Shown here piece by piece: positions 36,877 to 50,260 of a stretch of 64,000 nt of DNA. The notes under the pieces were generated by a model, which saw only the letters and a list, made by a program, of their open reading frames with translations, did no database searches and had not been told where the DNA came from. Every line of letters starts with the position of its first letter. The first letter of the stretch is position 1. This DNA comes from Mobula hypostoma (taxonomy: Eukaryota): the NCBI RefSeq assembly GCF_963921235.1, contig NC_086097.1:104348001-104412000 (forward strand), in the 5' to 3' direction. The position numbers were made by a program, and so were the translations under genes.

Positions 36877-37508
36877 GAGGTGACTGGGGCCCACCTGCTG
36901 CTATAACAGCACCATTTCAGCCCAGTCACAAGCGCACACCATCAGAAGCAGACCGCTGGCTTGAAGAAGTGTCAAAGAGCGTCCGGATGCAGCCATCACC
37001 CCAGCCTTCAGCATCACAGTCCTTTCACAGTGGCACATTCATCAGCCCTCCGACAGCACAGGTCAGCATGATGCCTCCCATGCAGCCTGCTTTTATTCCT
37101 GCTCAGCCTTACCCTCTGCAGGTCAACAATGGCATTCCATTTCAAGCTCCAAGTCTGCCAGTAGTGGGCATTACCCCTTCACAAATGGTTGCAAATGTCT
37201 TTGGCACAGCCGGCCATACTCAGGTTACCCATGCACAGCAGGGTCAGAACATGGCAGGGATTGTTACAAACCGTAGCCCGTACTTTAAACCTGACAAGCA
37301 GATTAATGGTTCGGCAGTTTCGAATGAAACAGAAAGTAGCAACTGGGCAGTGGAAACCAAAAGCACTCAGGTGGCAGCAGGTATTCCAGAGGATGCATTC
37401 GAAGCTCAGTGGAATGCACTGGAGTGCAAGTCAAAGCAGCGGGCAACACCTTCTCCGACTAATCCATTCTCCAGTGATTTACAGAAGACCTTTGAAATTG
37501 AGCTTTGA
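36877..37508 (+). CDS. NUMB: Numb terminal coding exon
   Basis: Pyrimidine tract + CAG acceptor at 36874-36876. HKRTPSEADRWLEEVSKSVR...VVGITPSQMVANVFGTAGH...FEAQW...SPTNPFSSDLQKTFEIEL*; TGA at 37506-37508. Confidence 0.98.
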
Positions 37509-39130
37509 GCAAAGCTCTGGTTTACCTTTCTCTAGTGAGTGTGTGGAGAATGTTCACTGGTGATAATGGGCATGAAAAACTGCTTCAGCAGTCTCTCAGA
37601 ACCATTATAAACACGATGCAAAGCTGGACTCAACCATCTGGCTAAGTTGTCCCATCAAAGGGGCTTGTCCATTATCTGCCTTTGAAAACTGGTTTATTTT
37701 AATGGTACACATTGGGAATCAGTTGCTGGTTTCTAAACTCTTTCTACCTATAAATATGTGGGTACTCTGTGGTGGGACTGCAGGAAGATGCTGCAGTTCT
37801 TGTGTAGGAGCTTCCAATTTGAATACATTGATGCCAAAATCTTTATTTTTATGCATTAGTATATATTTTAATAGTACGGAAATTGAGCTGTATGTAATCT
37901 TGCCAAAGGTAAAACACCGAATGTATATACAAAGAGAGTGGTTTATTGCTGATACTAATGTAAGTAATTCATGTATTCCATCTTTTAAAGTGGTGTTTGC
38001 AATGATCTCTTTGCTGTGGGTAGCACACTTGCTTGAACAGATGCCCTATTACAAATCATTAGTACAGAGCAGTATTGTTATGATGTACATTAACCATGGT
38101 CAATCTTGTATTTTGTTCAGCGATATTTTGTTTTGTGTTATTGACAATGTTCTTGATCCCTGGCTATCTTGAATAGATTTATTAGAGACCAGCCAGGTTT
38201 GATTGCCGGGGTGGTAAAAATTGATTTGCACAATACGGATAAGCTGGCTCCTTGTGGTACTTTAACCAATCTCCATTTAGTGAAATCTTCATTTCGTCTG
38301 AGTTAGTTACTTGGCATCTCAATTTAAAGTTCAGCAGGTATGCTTTCGAGTTTTGTTTTAATGTTCACTTGCACGAGCCTTACAATCACTTGTAATAAAA
38401 AGAAATTTATACTGGAGATTTATAATCTTTAACAAATAAATGGTTGCAAGACTGACCTTATTTGAAAAACATTTTGGATTATTTGAAACCACTCAACTTT
38501 CTATGTTGGAATATTGTGGGGTTCATCTGTGGATGACCGATTCCAGTTACTAAATGGTATTTTCCTTGAGCAGCCCCCATATGTACTTGTGTCACAGAGG
38601 AAGAAAATCCCAGATCAATGAACTCTAATTGCAACAATAACTCAGTATAACTTTTATTTTTTAAAAAAGACTGCAAAGCTATGCAAGGAAATTTGCATAC
38701 CCATAACCTACTCCCATCTTGGCAGGATATCTTTTTTAAAATTCCTGTATCAAAGAATTTTGTCATGATCTAAAAATACACAGATTCAAAATAAGTCGTT
38801 TAGTTTGCTAATCAAATAAGCAGTTAATAAACAGTACATAATGCACTTTAACAGAAATATTGTCCTTAAAGTGTGCTTCTAGAGTCAGCAAACAGTTGAG
38901 TCTAGTGGAAGAATGATAATTCAGTGAATATACCCAACTTCTCATATAAAAATACCAAGGTCTTCACAGATTCTGTTTGCAGATATGAAGATCTGTTGAG
39001 GTGAATAAACCTCCCATCCTTAAAATGTATTCTCTACATCACATGGTAAAAGATGTGCATCAACTTTTAATTCTAAATTTTACATACAGTATGTTTTCAA
39101 ATATACTTACAAGTTTCTTGAATAATTAAA
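37509..39130 (+). other. NUMB: NUMB 3'UTR with tandem candidate polyadenylation signals
   Basis: AT-rich sequence with no recognisable repeat after the stop. AATAAA at 38394, 38435, 38826, 39004 and ATTAAA at 39125; the true end cannot be fixed from sequence alone. Confidence 0.7.
37898..37929 (+). promoter_or_regulatory. Overlapping miR-31 and miR-182/96 seed matches plus Pumilio element in NUMB 3'UTR
   Basis: TCTTGCCA (37898-37905, miR-31 8mer), TTGCCAAA (37900-37907, miR-182 8mer), TGTATATA (37922-37929, fits UGUAHAUA). Confidence 0.5.
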
Positions 39131-39399
39131 AATACAACTGCTTGTACATTTAGGAGTGGTATGAATTTTCAAAAACTACTTGTAGCACCTCTTGATCAGA
39201 TTCTACGGTAGGCCTTTGCATGTCAATGCAAGTAAAGTGGACCTATAGCAGAAAAAAAATGCATGACTCATCTCCAAATGTCAAGCTAGATTGACTTTGC
39301 TAAAGTCCCTTATACATGGGTTGTGATTGTTTTGTGATCGCCCCATTTTATTGGTTCAGAATGAAAGCCAAGCTATAAATGATTATCTTACCATTGAGA

Positions 39400-39680
39400 C
39401 CGGCAACATGACCAATGATCAATGCAGAAAAAGGTCCTTTTGCCCCCGAGTCTCTGCTGACTATTGATACACTAATCCCCACATTCCCATCAACTCTCCC
39501 CAGATTCTACCATTCACCTGAACTCTTAGGGTAATTTACAGTGACCAGTTAACTGACCAATTTACACATCTTTAGGACATCGAAGTAAAGTGAAGCCTAC
39601 ACAAACGAGGAGATTAGAACACTGGAGGTCAGAACTGAACCAGATCATGAGATGTGAGAGAGCAGTTCCAACAGCTGCAC
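39400..39680 (-). mobile_element. Decayed V-SINE, antisense
   Basis: gtaatttacagtgaccagttaac is the reverse complement of the SINE core seen at 10291-10315. Confidence 0.55.
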
Positions 39681-39969
39681 AAAGGTGACTGACCCTGTCC
39701 TTCCCTCCTACAGGGAAGATCAAAGTCGACAATTCTAGAGCTGTGTGGTTCAATTACATTATTTTTCTCCACAACCCAGTTGTTTGTTGCTTAAATTCTG
39801 CTCACTGTTTATTATTATAGTTGCTGTATCCTTTGTTGCTTAAAATGAACTAAAGGAAGGCTTGGGAGGAAATAAATGTAACGGGTGGATCAATTTCTGG
39901 ATATCCTGGGCATTAGATTCCTTAAGGTTATCATAACTGGGGGAGGTAATGAGGATAAGCTCCCAATGA

Positions 39970-41640
39970 CCATAAAGCATAGAACAATACAGCACAGGAA
40001 CAGGCCCTGCAGCCCCCAATGTTGTGACGAACCAGCTAAAAAAAAAAATCAGAAACCCCCAAATCTAATCCCTCCTACCAACACAGTGTCTATATCCCTC
40101 CATCTTCCTCACATTTGTCTGCCTATCTAAACATCTCTTAAAAGCCCCTCACGTATTTGCCTCTACCAGCATACCAGGCAGTGTATTCCAGATATCCACT
40201 CCTCTGAGTAAAAAACTTGCCCTCACGTCACCTTTGAACCTAGCCCCTCTCACCTTCAATACCCTCTGGTATTAGGCATTTACCCATAATCTTACAAACC
40301 TCTATCAGATTTCCCCTTGGCCTCTGCCACTCCAAAGAAAACAACCCAGGTTTGTCTAGCCTCTTGTGATTGCACATGCACTCTAAACCTCTTCTGCACC
40401 CTCTCCAAAGCCTCAGCACCCTTCCGGGGGTGATCAGAACCATATGCAATATTCTAGGTGTGGGCTAACCAGAGTTTTATAAAATTGCAACATAAAAGCA
40501 AATTTTGCCATTCAGCCCATCAAGCCTGCTCCGCCATTCCATCATGACTGATATATTATCTGTCTTGATTCTATTTTCTTATCTTCTACCTTTAACATCC
40601 TGATTTATGAAGAACTTATCAAGCTCCACCTTATATATACTCAACAACTTGGCCTGCACAGCCATCTGTGGCAATGAATTCCACAGATTCACCACCCTCT
40701 GGCTTAAAAAAGTTTCCTCATCTCTCTTCCAGATGGATGTCACTCATTTCTGAAGCTGTGTCCTCTTAGACTCTACCAATGTAGGAAACATCCTCTAGGC
40801 CTTTCAATATTTGAATAGTTTCAATGAGATTGCCCTCCCCCCTTTATTCTTCTAAGCTCCAGTGAGTACAGACCCAGAGCCATCAAACAATCTTGTTAAC
40901 CCTTTCATTCCTGGGATCATTCTCGTGAACCTCCTGGACCTGCTGCTTACAACACTCCAAGTGCTTTCTGACTAATGCCTTTTAAAGCGTCAACGTTATG
41001 TCCTTGCTTTTGTATTCTAGTCTTCTCAAAATGAATCCTAACATTGTGTTAGCCTTCCTTGCCAATGATTCAACCAGCAAATGAACCTTTAGGGAATCCT
41101 GCATGGGGACTCCCAAATCCCTTTGCACCTCTGATTTCTGAATTTTCTCCCCATTTAGAAGATAGACCACACTTTAATTCCTTCTGCCAAAGTGCATAAC
41201 CATGCACTCACTACACTATATATTCCATCTGTCACTTCTTTGCCCATTCTGCCTGTTATTCTAACATGATCACTGCCTCCTAAGGGTTCCTTTATCTTAA
41301 GCTCTCAAATCAAATCTGGGTCATCACATAACACCCAATCTAGAATTGCCATTCCCCCAGTGGACTCAACCACAAGCTGCACTAAAAAGCCATCTCGTAG
41401 CATTTTACAGATTCCTTCTTGGGATCCAGGATCAACCTGATTTTCTCAGTCCACCTGCATATCAAAATGCCCCATGATTATCACAACATTGCCCTTTTTA
41501 CATGCCCCATTGTAATGTATAGCCCACATCCTGGCTCATATTTGGAGGCCTGAATATAACTCCCATCAGTGTCTTTTTACCATTGTAGTTTCTTAAATCT
41601 TCCCACAGGGACTCTACATCTTCTGATGCTATGTCACCTC
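39970..41640 (-). mobile_element. Two or more decayed CR1 fragments
   Basis: Antisense 3' tails at ~39975 and ~40500; YLLNGEKIQKSEVQRDLGV ORF at 40982-41170. Confidence 0.8.
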
Positions 41641-41649
41641 TCACCTTTT

Positions 41650-42190
41650 TATCAGGATGGAGTGCATCTCAAATAGACTCTGACAACCAAATACAGCTCC
41701 TGGGCTTCACATGTGGCTTAGCTACTAAGCCCGGTGGAACCTTTTCTACTAAAGGAAAAAGGGCAAAGGTGGGTTACTGATACCCTAAAACCAGTTGTTT
41801 TGGTACGATGCGACTCGTCAGCCATGTGTGGCAGCTCATCTAAGAGAAGGAAAACTCTGATCTCAAACCTTCACTAGTTTTCAGCCATACTCATTCATGG
41901 AGAAGGCTTCAGGAGTAAACCCCGTTGAAAAATCCAGAGCTAGAGTCCCTAAGACAGTCCTATAGTCCTACATTGAGTTCAATGATAACTGGCAACTCCT
42001 GTGACACAGCCGGAGCCAAACTGTGTCAGTCTCTGCCATTCCTTTCGATTCATCAGCTGCGTGGAGAGGGGGAGCAAGCTTTCTGGGCAGCAGATTGCTC
42101 TCCATATCATACTGCCCTGGCTAGCTTTTGGGGATGGATCAGCAGATTTTACTGGACTGTTAGATGGTCCTCCTCATAGACACCCAAGCA
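41650..42190 (+). mobile_element. Probable RTE-like 5' region / non-coding repeat
   Basis: ctaagagaaggaaaactctgatctcaaacc resembles RTE-clade 5' regions, recognised from memory only; no ORF. Confidence 0.35.
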
Positions 42191-44913
42191 CCCATTTGAT
42201 GTTTTATACATTACACAATATACTTACCAATGAATCTGAGTTTAGAGGAAATGTGACATATACAAGCACTCTAGTTCCCAGTTGTAAGACCTCTGTAAAT
42301 TTTGACAAATGTAGGGATCAAAATTTAGAAACACTGTAGTCATACCCAAATGAGTGTAAGAAAGGAAGATACAAGTGGCTGATTAATAGACAATAAACTA
42401 GCAAATAGAATGCCAGTGGGAGAACTAGGAGGGCAAACAAGATGCAGGAACATTGGAACTGTTAGGGAGGGGTTAAACTAATCAGGCAGAGCTGTGGCAA
42501 CTAGAGTGACAGGGCAGTTGGAATACAAGTAGATGTACTGAAACTATGAGGAAGGATAGGCAGTTGATTGGGCAAAATTGTAGTCAGGGCAATGGGCTGA
42601 ATTACGCCTAAACTAAATAGTGGATCCAGCGGTTTGGAAAAGAGAGGATAAAATAAAAGAGAAGAATGTAGGAGAGGTTACGAAACACTTCAAAATAAAT
42701 AAAAGGACAGTAAGTTTAGAGGGGGATAAGAATTAATTTCTGCGTTTTAATCAGGAGAATTTGGCCAAACCGAGACCGGTCATTATGTCCACGATAAGGA
42801 ACGAGTTATTCGAGCTGCTCGGAAGAAAGGTATGATCGAATTTCGAGAATTCAAGTTCAGAATTATTTAAGACTAGAGCCAACACGTACTGAAAAAAAAA
42901 CGGGTGGCTTTTAAACCACAGATGGCAGAACTGTTACTGTTTCCAGCCCGTCTGAGAGTGGTTATGCCGGACAACTCGCGTAGCCGCTTTAAGAATCCGA
43001 TGGAAGCCCAAAGTTTTCTGGATGATCTGCCCCCCTCTGCGGAGGATTAATTAATGTATCGTTTTGTTTTCGCTCTCGTCTCTCATTTGTATAGTTCGAG
43101 GGGTTTTCTCCCTTGATCTTGTAGTGTAGGTTCGCTTTATATTGTTAAATGATATTATGCTTTTCTGTTAGTGATTTTGTATATCTTACTCTTAATACTT
43201 TTTGAAAGTTATTTAGTTACAATTTTAATGCTTGTTTTCTTTTTGAAATGTTACTGGAGTATTATATTTTAAAATGGTGGATTGTTTTCTTCTGCTCCCC
43301 AGAATCTGTCTCTAACGTCATTTCCGATCACTTGTATATGAAAAATTAATATAGTAATATGATCTAACGTTTGATGTTCCCCGAAATATGAGTACGAAGG
43401 AACTATTCGATGCTTATAATCGCTGTAAGATGTTTTCTACTGTTATAGCTAGTTTTTTTTTACTTTTTTTAACATGGGTGGTATCTTTTTTGATAAACAT
43501 ATTCTTTTGGGTCGCCTTCTGGAAAGATGGGGTTAGGATTAGCTTTAGATTTAGCATTGGCCACTGTCTGGCTTTTTTCTGGGTTTTTGTGGGAGGTGAG
43601 TGGCATTCTTGTTCTTATTTCTATTTCATTTTTGCTTTTTAAACGGGCTGACCTGAAACTACCAAAATGTCTGAAATGTCGTAACTTCCGGTTCCTCTTG
43701 ACCTTTTTTCCTCTTACGGGGTCATGAGTCTGTACCCTGGTTAACCCTTTACATACCTTATATTCGAGCTCATTTCGATGGATAAGACTATCAATTTGGT
43801 TTCTTGGAATATAAATGGCTTAAACCACCCGATTAAACGGAAGAAAATTCTTAAAGTAAACCAGAGGATGAATGCTCATATTATTTTTGTACAAGAAACT
43901 CATGTCCGAAAAGAGGATAATCAGCTTTTTTTTTAGCTTCTGGAAGGGCTAACAGTACCGCTCGAATTCACAGACTAAAATGAAAGGCGTTTCTATTTTT
44001 ACAGATCTGTCAATTTCATTTCTGCACTATGAGACGATTTCAGATTCTAATGCCAGATTTTTGTTGATTAGTGGCTTGCTTTTTAACAAAAAAGTTGCTA
44101 TGCTCAATGTTTAGGTTCCAAATGTTGACTGTCCTGATTTTTTTAAGAATCTCTTCACTTCTTTCCCTAACTTAAATGACTATATGCTGATTATGGGTGG
44201 AAATTTCAATTGTTGTTTTAATCCTTTGATAGATAGATCCAAGTTTAATCAAGTACTTACGAACAAATCGGCTACCCTTATTAACTCTTTTAAAGCATAT
44301 ATTCGTGGACAAATTATTTCATATACTGCTGGACTAAAAGAGCGAACTAATAAGGAAATACTTAAACTGGTTGACAAGATTAAAGAAGTTGATAACAAAT
44401 ATTCTATAGCTCCTAATCAGGAACTTTATAAACAGAGAGTTGAACTTCAAATGGAACACAATCTCTTATTATCATCTTCGATTGAAAGTCAATTAATCAA
44501 AACTAAGAGTCAATTTTATATACATGGTGATAAAACTGGGAAACTTTTAGCTAATCAATTGAAATTGGCCTCGGTTAAACGACAGATTCTTAAAATTCGT
44601 AAACAAGATGGCACTTTGACAGTTGACCATGACGAGATTAATAAATCCTTTCAAGAATTTTATATCTCCTTATCAATCAGAATTTCCTGATGACTATTAT
44701 AATGCATGAATTTTTTAAGAAATTGAATATTCCAAAATCATCTAATGAACATTCAAAACTAGATGTACCTATTACAGTAAAAGAAATAAAGAATGCTATT
44801 TTTTCAATGAACTCAGGTAAAGCACCTGGCCCAGATAGATTTACAGTAGAATTTTAAAATTTTTTCTCTACTACACTAACTCCTTGGCTATGCAGTGTTC
44901 TTAGGGATGCAGT

Positions 44914-47123
44914 ATAGAAACATAGAAAATAGGTGCAGGAGTAGGCCATTCGGCCCTTCGAGCCTGCACTGCCATTTATTATGATCATGGCTGATCATCC
45001 AACTCAGAACCCAGCCTTCCCTCCATACCCCCTGACCCCTGTAGCCACAAGGGCCATATCTAACTTCCTTTTAAACATAGCTAATGAACTGGCCTCAACA
45101 GTTTGCTGTGGCAGAGAATTCCACAGATTCACCACTCTCTGTGTGAAGAAGTTTTTCCTAACCTCGGTCCTAAAAGGCTTCCCCTCTATCCTCAAACTGT
45201 GACCCCTCATTCTAGACCTCCCCAACATCGGGAACAATCTTCCCGCATCTAGCCTGTCCAATCCCTTTAGGATCTTATACGTTTCAATCAGATCCCCCCT
45301 CAATCTTCTAAATTCCAACGAGTACAAGCCCAGTTCATCCAGTCTTTCTTCATATGAAAGACCTGCCATCCCAGGAATCAATCTGGTGAACCTTCTTTGT
45401 ACTCCCTCTATGGCAAAGATGTCTTTCCTCAGATTAGGGCACCAAAACTGCACACAATACTCCAGGTGTGGTCTCACCAAGGCCTTGTACAACTGCAGTA
45501 GTACCTCCCTGCTCCTGTACTCGAATCCTCTCGCTATAAATGCCAGCATACCGTTCGCCTTTTTCACCGCCTGCTGTACCTGCATGCCCACTTTCAATGA
45601 CTGGTGTATAATGACACCCAGGTCTCGTTGCACCTCCCCTTTTCCTAATCGGCCACCATTCAGATAATAATCTGTTTTCCTATTTTTGCCACCAAAGTGG
45701 ATAACTTCACATTTATCCACATTAAATTGCATCTGCCATGAGTTTGCCCACTCACCCAACCTATCCAAGTCACCCTGCATCCTCTTAGCATCCTCCTCAC
45801 TGCTAACACTGCCACCCAGCTTCGTGTCATCCGCAAACTTGGAGATGCTGCATTTAATTCCCTCATCCAAGTCATTAATATATATTGTAAACAACTGGGG
45901 TCCCAGCACTGAACCTTGCGGTACCCCACTAGTCACCGCCTGCCATTCTGAAAAGGTCCCGTTTATTCCCACTCTTTGCTTCCTGTCTGCTAACCAATTC
46001 TCCACCCACACCAATACCTTACCCCCAATACCGTGTGCTTTAAGTTTGCACACTAATCTCCTGTGTGGGACCTTGTCAAAAGCCTTTTGAAAATCCAAAT
46101 ATACCACATCCACTGGTTCTCCCCTATCCACTCTACTAGTTACATCCTCAAAAAATTCTATGAGATTCGTCAGACATGATTTTCCTTTCACAAATCCATG
46201 CTGACTTTGTCCGATCATTTCACCGCTTTCCAAATGTGCTGTTATCACATCCTTGATAACTGACTCCAGCAGTTTCCCCACCACCGACGTTAGGCTAACC
46301 GGCCTATAATTCCCCGGTTTCTCTCTCCCTCCTTTTTTAAAAAGTGGGGTTACATTAGCCACCCTCCAATCCTCAGGAACTAGTCCAGAATCTAACGAGT
46401 TTTGAAAAATTATCACTAATGCATCCACTATTTCTTGGGCCACTTCCTTAAGCACTCTGGGATGCAGACCATCTGGCCCTGGGGATTTATCTGCCTTCAA
46501 TCCCTTCAATTTACCTAACACCACTTCCCTACTAACATGTATTTCGCTCAGTTCCTCCATCTCACTGGACCCTCTGTCCCTTACTATTTCTGGAAGATTA
46601 TTTATGTCCTCCTTAGTGAAGACAGAACCAAAGTAATTATTCAATTGGTCTGCCATGTCCTTGCTCCCCATAATCAATTCACCTGTTTCTGTTTGCAGGG
46701 GACCTACATTTGTCTTTATCAGTCTTTTCCTTTTTACATATCTATAAAAGCTTTTACAGTCCGTTTTTATGTTCTCTGCCAGTTTTCTCTCATAATCTTT
46801 TTTCCCCTTCCTAATTAAGCCCTTTGTCCTCCTCTGCTGAACTCTGAATTTCTCCCAGTCCTCAGGTGAGCCACTTTCTCTGGCTAATTTGTATGCTACT
46901 TCTTTGGAATTGATACTATCCCTAATTTCTCTTGTCAGCCACGGGTGCACTACCTTCCTTGATTTATTCTTTTGCCAAACTGGGATGAACAATTGTTGTA
47001 GTTCATCCATGCAACCTTTAAATGCCTGCCATTGCATATCCACCGTCAATCCTTGAAGTGTCATTTGCCAGTCTATCTTAGCTAATTCACGTCTCATACC
47101 TTCAAAGTTACCCCTCCTTAAGT
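44914..47123 (-). mobile_element. Young CR1 copy with uninterrupted 697-aa ORF2 segment
   Basis: ORF 45004-47097 has no stops across the whole RT; TSD gcagtat at 44909-44915 and 47138-47144. Confidence 0.97.
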
Positions 47124-49446
47124 ATCTATAGTATCTGGCAGTATCTATAGGTAAATTACCACAATCTTTTTATCGAGCTTCTATTTCCCTAATTCTTAAA
47201 AAAGATAAGTATCCTACTGAATGTGCATCTTATAGGCCTATATCTTTGCTGAATGTGGATTCTAAGATTTTTTTCTAAAATATTGGCAATGAGATTGGAG
47301 AATGTATTACCTCAAATTATTTCTGCTGATCAGACTGGATTTCTTAAACATCGTTACTCTTTTTTTAATATTAGGAGACTAATGAATATTGTTTATACAC
47401 CTTCACCCAAAATTCCAGAATGTGTTATTTCATTGGATGCTGAGAAAGCTTTTGACAGAGTCGAATGGACGTATTTATTTAACACCCTTGAGAAGTTTAA
47501 TTTTAGTTCGATATTTATATCTTGGATTAAACTGATATATCTTACATTTACTAACAACCAAAGATCCCCTCTTTTTCATTTATTCTGTGGTACTAGGCAG
47601 GGTTGCCCTCTTAGTCCACTACTATTTGATATTGCTTTGGAACCGCTAGCTATTGCCATTCGTAACTCCCCTAATATATTTGGTGTTACCAGCGGAAATG
47701 AGACTCATAAATTATCACTATATGCAGATGATCTACTATTATATATTTCTAACCCAGCAAAATCTATTCTGGCAGTATTAACTTTGCTTGCTCAGTTTAG
47801 TAGTTTTTCTGGTTATAAATTGAACCTAGGTAAGAGTGAACTCTTTCCATTAAATATGCAGGTTCCCACTTATAGAAATTCTCTATTTAGAGTGACTACT
47901 GACTATTTTAGTTATTTAGGAGTTAAATTTACTAAGAGACGTAAGGATCTATTCAATTTTAACTTTTTACCATTAATTAATCAGGTTAAACAACTGATTA
48001 CTAAGTGGTCCCCATTGTCTCTATCATTGATTGGCCGAATCAATGCTATTAAAATGATTATTTTACCTAAATTTTTATATTTATTTCAAATGATACCAAT
48101 TTTTATTCCTAAGTCTTTTTTTGATACTATTGATTCTAAAATTTCCTCTTATATATGGCAAAATAAAAATTCCAGATTAAGTAAAAAATACTTACAGAAA
48201 TCTAAGAAAGAGGGTGGTTTGGCATTGCCTAACCTAAGATTTTATTATTGGACAATTAATATTCGATATTTAATGTTTAGGATGCAAGACTGGAATATAA
48301 CTCCAAGCCCACATTGGGTAAACCTTGAAGGCCATTCTGTACAAGGGTTTTCTTTAGCCTCCATTTTAGGAACTTCACTGCCTTTTGTACTATCTAAATT
48401 GAATAAACAAATTTTCAACCCTATAGTTAAACATACATTGCGAATATGGTTTCAACTTCGTAAATTTTTTAGCCTGAATGAATTTATGTTATCAAGTCCT
48501 ATTATATCTAATTTCTTTTTTCAACCCTCGGTAATGGACCAAGCCTTTTTGATATGGAAAATGAAAGGTATAATATGTTTTCGTGATTTTTTTTTGGATA
48601 ACTGTTTTATATCTTTTGAGCAGTTATCTGAGAAATTTGATTTGCCTAGATCCCATTTTTTTAGATATTTACAAATAAATTTTTTAAATACTACGTTGCC
48701 TACCTTTGCGATTTCAAATCCTACTGGCATTATTGATAAAATTTTAGGTTTAAATCCTTTGCAGAAGGGATTAATAGCAATTATTTATGATATAATTATG
48801 AAATTACAGCCAGGTATATCTGATAAAATTAAAAATGAATGGGAAAGGGAACTTCAACTTTGTTTGCCTATAGAGAAATGGGGAAAAAATTTTCAATTAG
48901 TTAGTACTTCTTCTATATGTGCTAAACATACTTAAATACAATTTAAAGTAGTACACAGAGCCCATATGTCCAAAGATAAACTAGCTCATTTTTATTCCCA
49001 TATAAACCCTACCTGTGACAGATGTCACTCTGAAGTGGCTTCTTTAACTCATATGTTTTGGTCTTGTCCTCTTTTGGAAAAATATTGGAAAGAAATTTTT
49101 GATACTATTTCAACAGTTCGATGCTTCGATTTAAAACCCCATCGTATTACGGCAATTTTTGGATTGCCAATGGTAAAACATAGATCTTTGTCTTCTTCAG
49201 CCTGTCAGATGATAGCATTTGTTACTTTAATGGTGAGAAGATCTATTTTGTTGAACTGGAAGGAAATCAATCCTCCAACTACATTCCAATGGTTTTCTCA
49301 AACCATATTAAGTTTAAATTTAGAAAAAATTAGAAGTGATATTTTTGACCCTTCGGTTAAATTTGAAGAAACTTGGAAACCTTTTATGCAATATTTTCAT
49401 ATGATATAATCTGACCTTCCTGAATTTTTTTTAACTCAAATTATAT

Positions 49447-50260
49447 TGTGACGACAAACCAAGTTATCAGACGATTGATGCTAATGAGAGAGATAAGGGA
49501 GACAATGGAGAAACGTTCAAAATGTTAATGAGATGAGAGAGAGATAACGGAAAAGAAACACAATTCAGAATATTGACAGACCGGTTGCTTTGAACCTGAA
49601 CTGTTTGAAGTTTGATGGACAGGCGATACCCCAGCAGGGGGATAAAAAGAACAGGTTTGCTAAGGCACGGGACACACCACGCGATAACGAGACCCTGGAA
49701 GAGCGGTGTGCCCCACAAGTTGGTGGGAGTTAGGAGGTCCAGTTCGCGGGAACCGACCATAGACTCACAGGGAACCTGGTGCGTGTGTCTGCCCTTGCCT
49801 GGGTGCCGGGTTCACCGCGAAAGAACGGTCGTATCCGGAACGGAGGGATCACAGTCGGTGACCACAGCAGGATAGAAGACATAAAAGGGTCCGCCCGAAA
49901 GCCAACTGCGAAGAACATCAAAGGTCTGCTTGAATCAAATTTGCATTCCCCCATTCTCTCTCACTCCCCAATGGCACAACAGCGATTACTGCGAACTGCA
50001 CTAAACTGAACTGAACTCTGCTTCACTTAAGACTGATCATTTTACCCCTAGACGGCGATAGAGCTTGGTTGATTCCTATTACCCTAGTTCTGTGTACATG
50101 TGTGTTTTATCATTGCTAACCTGTTGCATTTATATCCTTACGATTAGAGTATTCTGTTACTTATTTCTTTAATAAATCTTTTATTAGTTTCTAGTAATCC
50201 AGACTCCAACTAGTGGTCCATTTCTGCTGGTTTGGCAGCCCAGTTACGGGGTACGTAATA
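49447..50260 (+). mobile_element. Solo LTR (Gypsy-like), 814 bp, in the L1 3'UTR
   Basis: TGTGACG...CGTAATA termini (TG..CA with decayed end), 4-bp TSD ATAT (49443-49446, 50261-50264), TATA-like gataaaaag ~49641, AATAAA 50171. Confidence 0.85.

Noticed and set aside
36874..36879. NAGNAG tandem acceptor (CAG GAG)
   Set aside because: GAG is a poor acceptor; no evidence of use and the effect would be one residue.
9028..37508. NUMBL instead of NUMB
   Set aside because: PRR insert exon, EADRWLEEVSKSVR, NPFSSDLQ and the PAPLN neighbour all fit NUMB.
37855..38804. Enrichment of Musashi elements (about six matches)
   Set aside because: Roughly what AT-rich sequence of this length gives by chance; kept only as part of the motif cluster.
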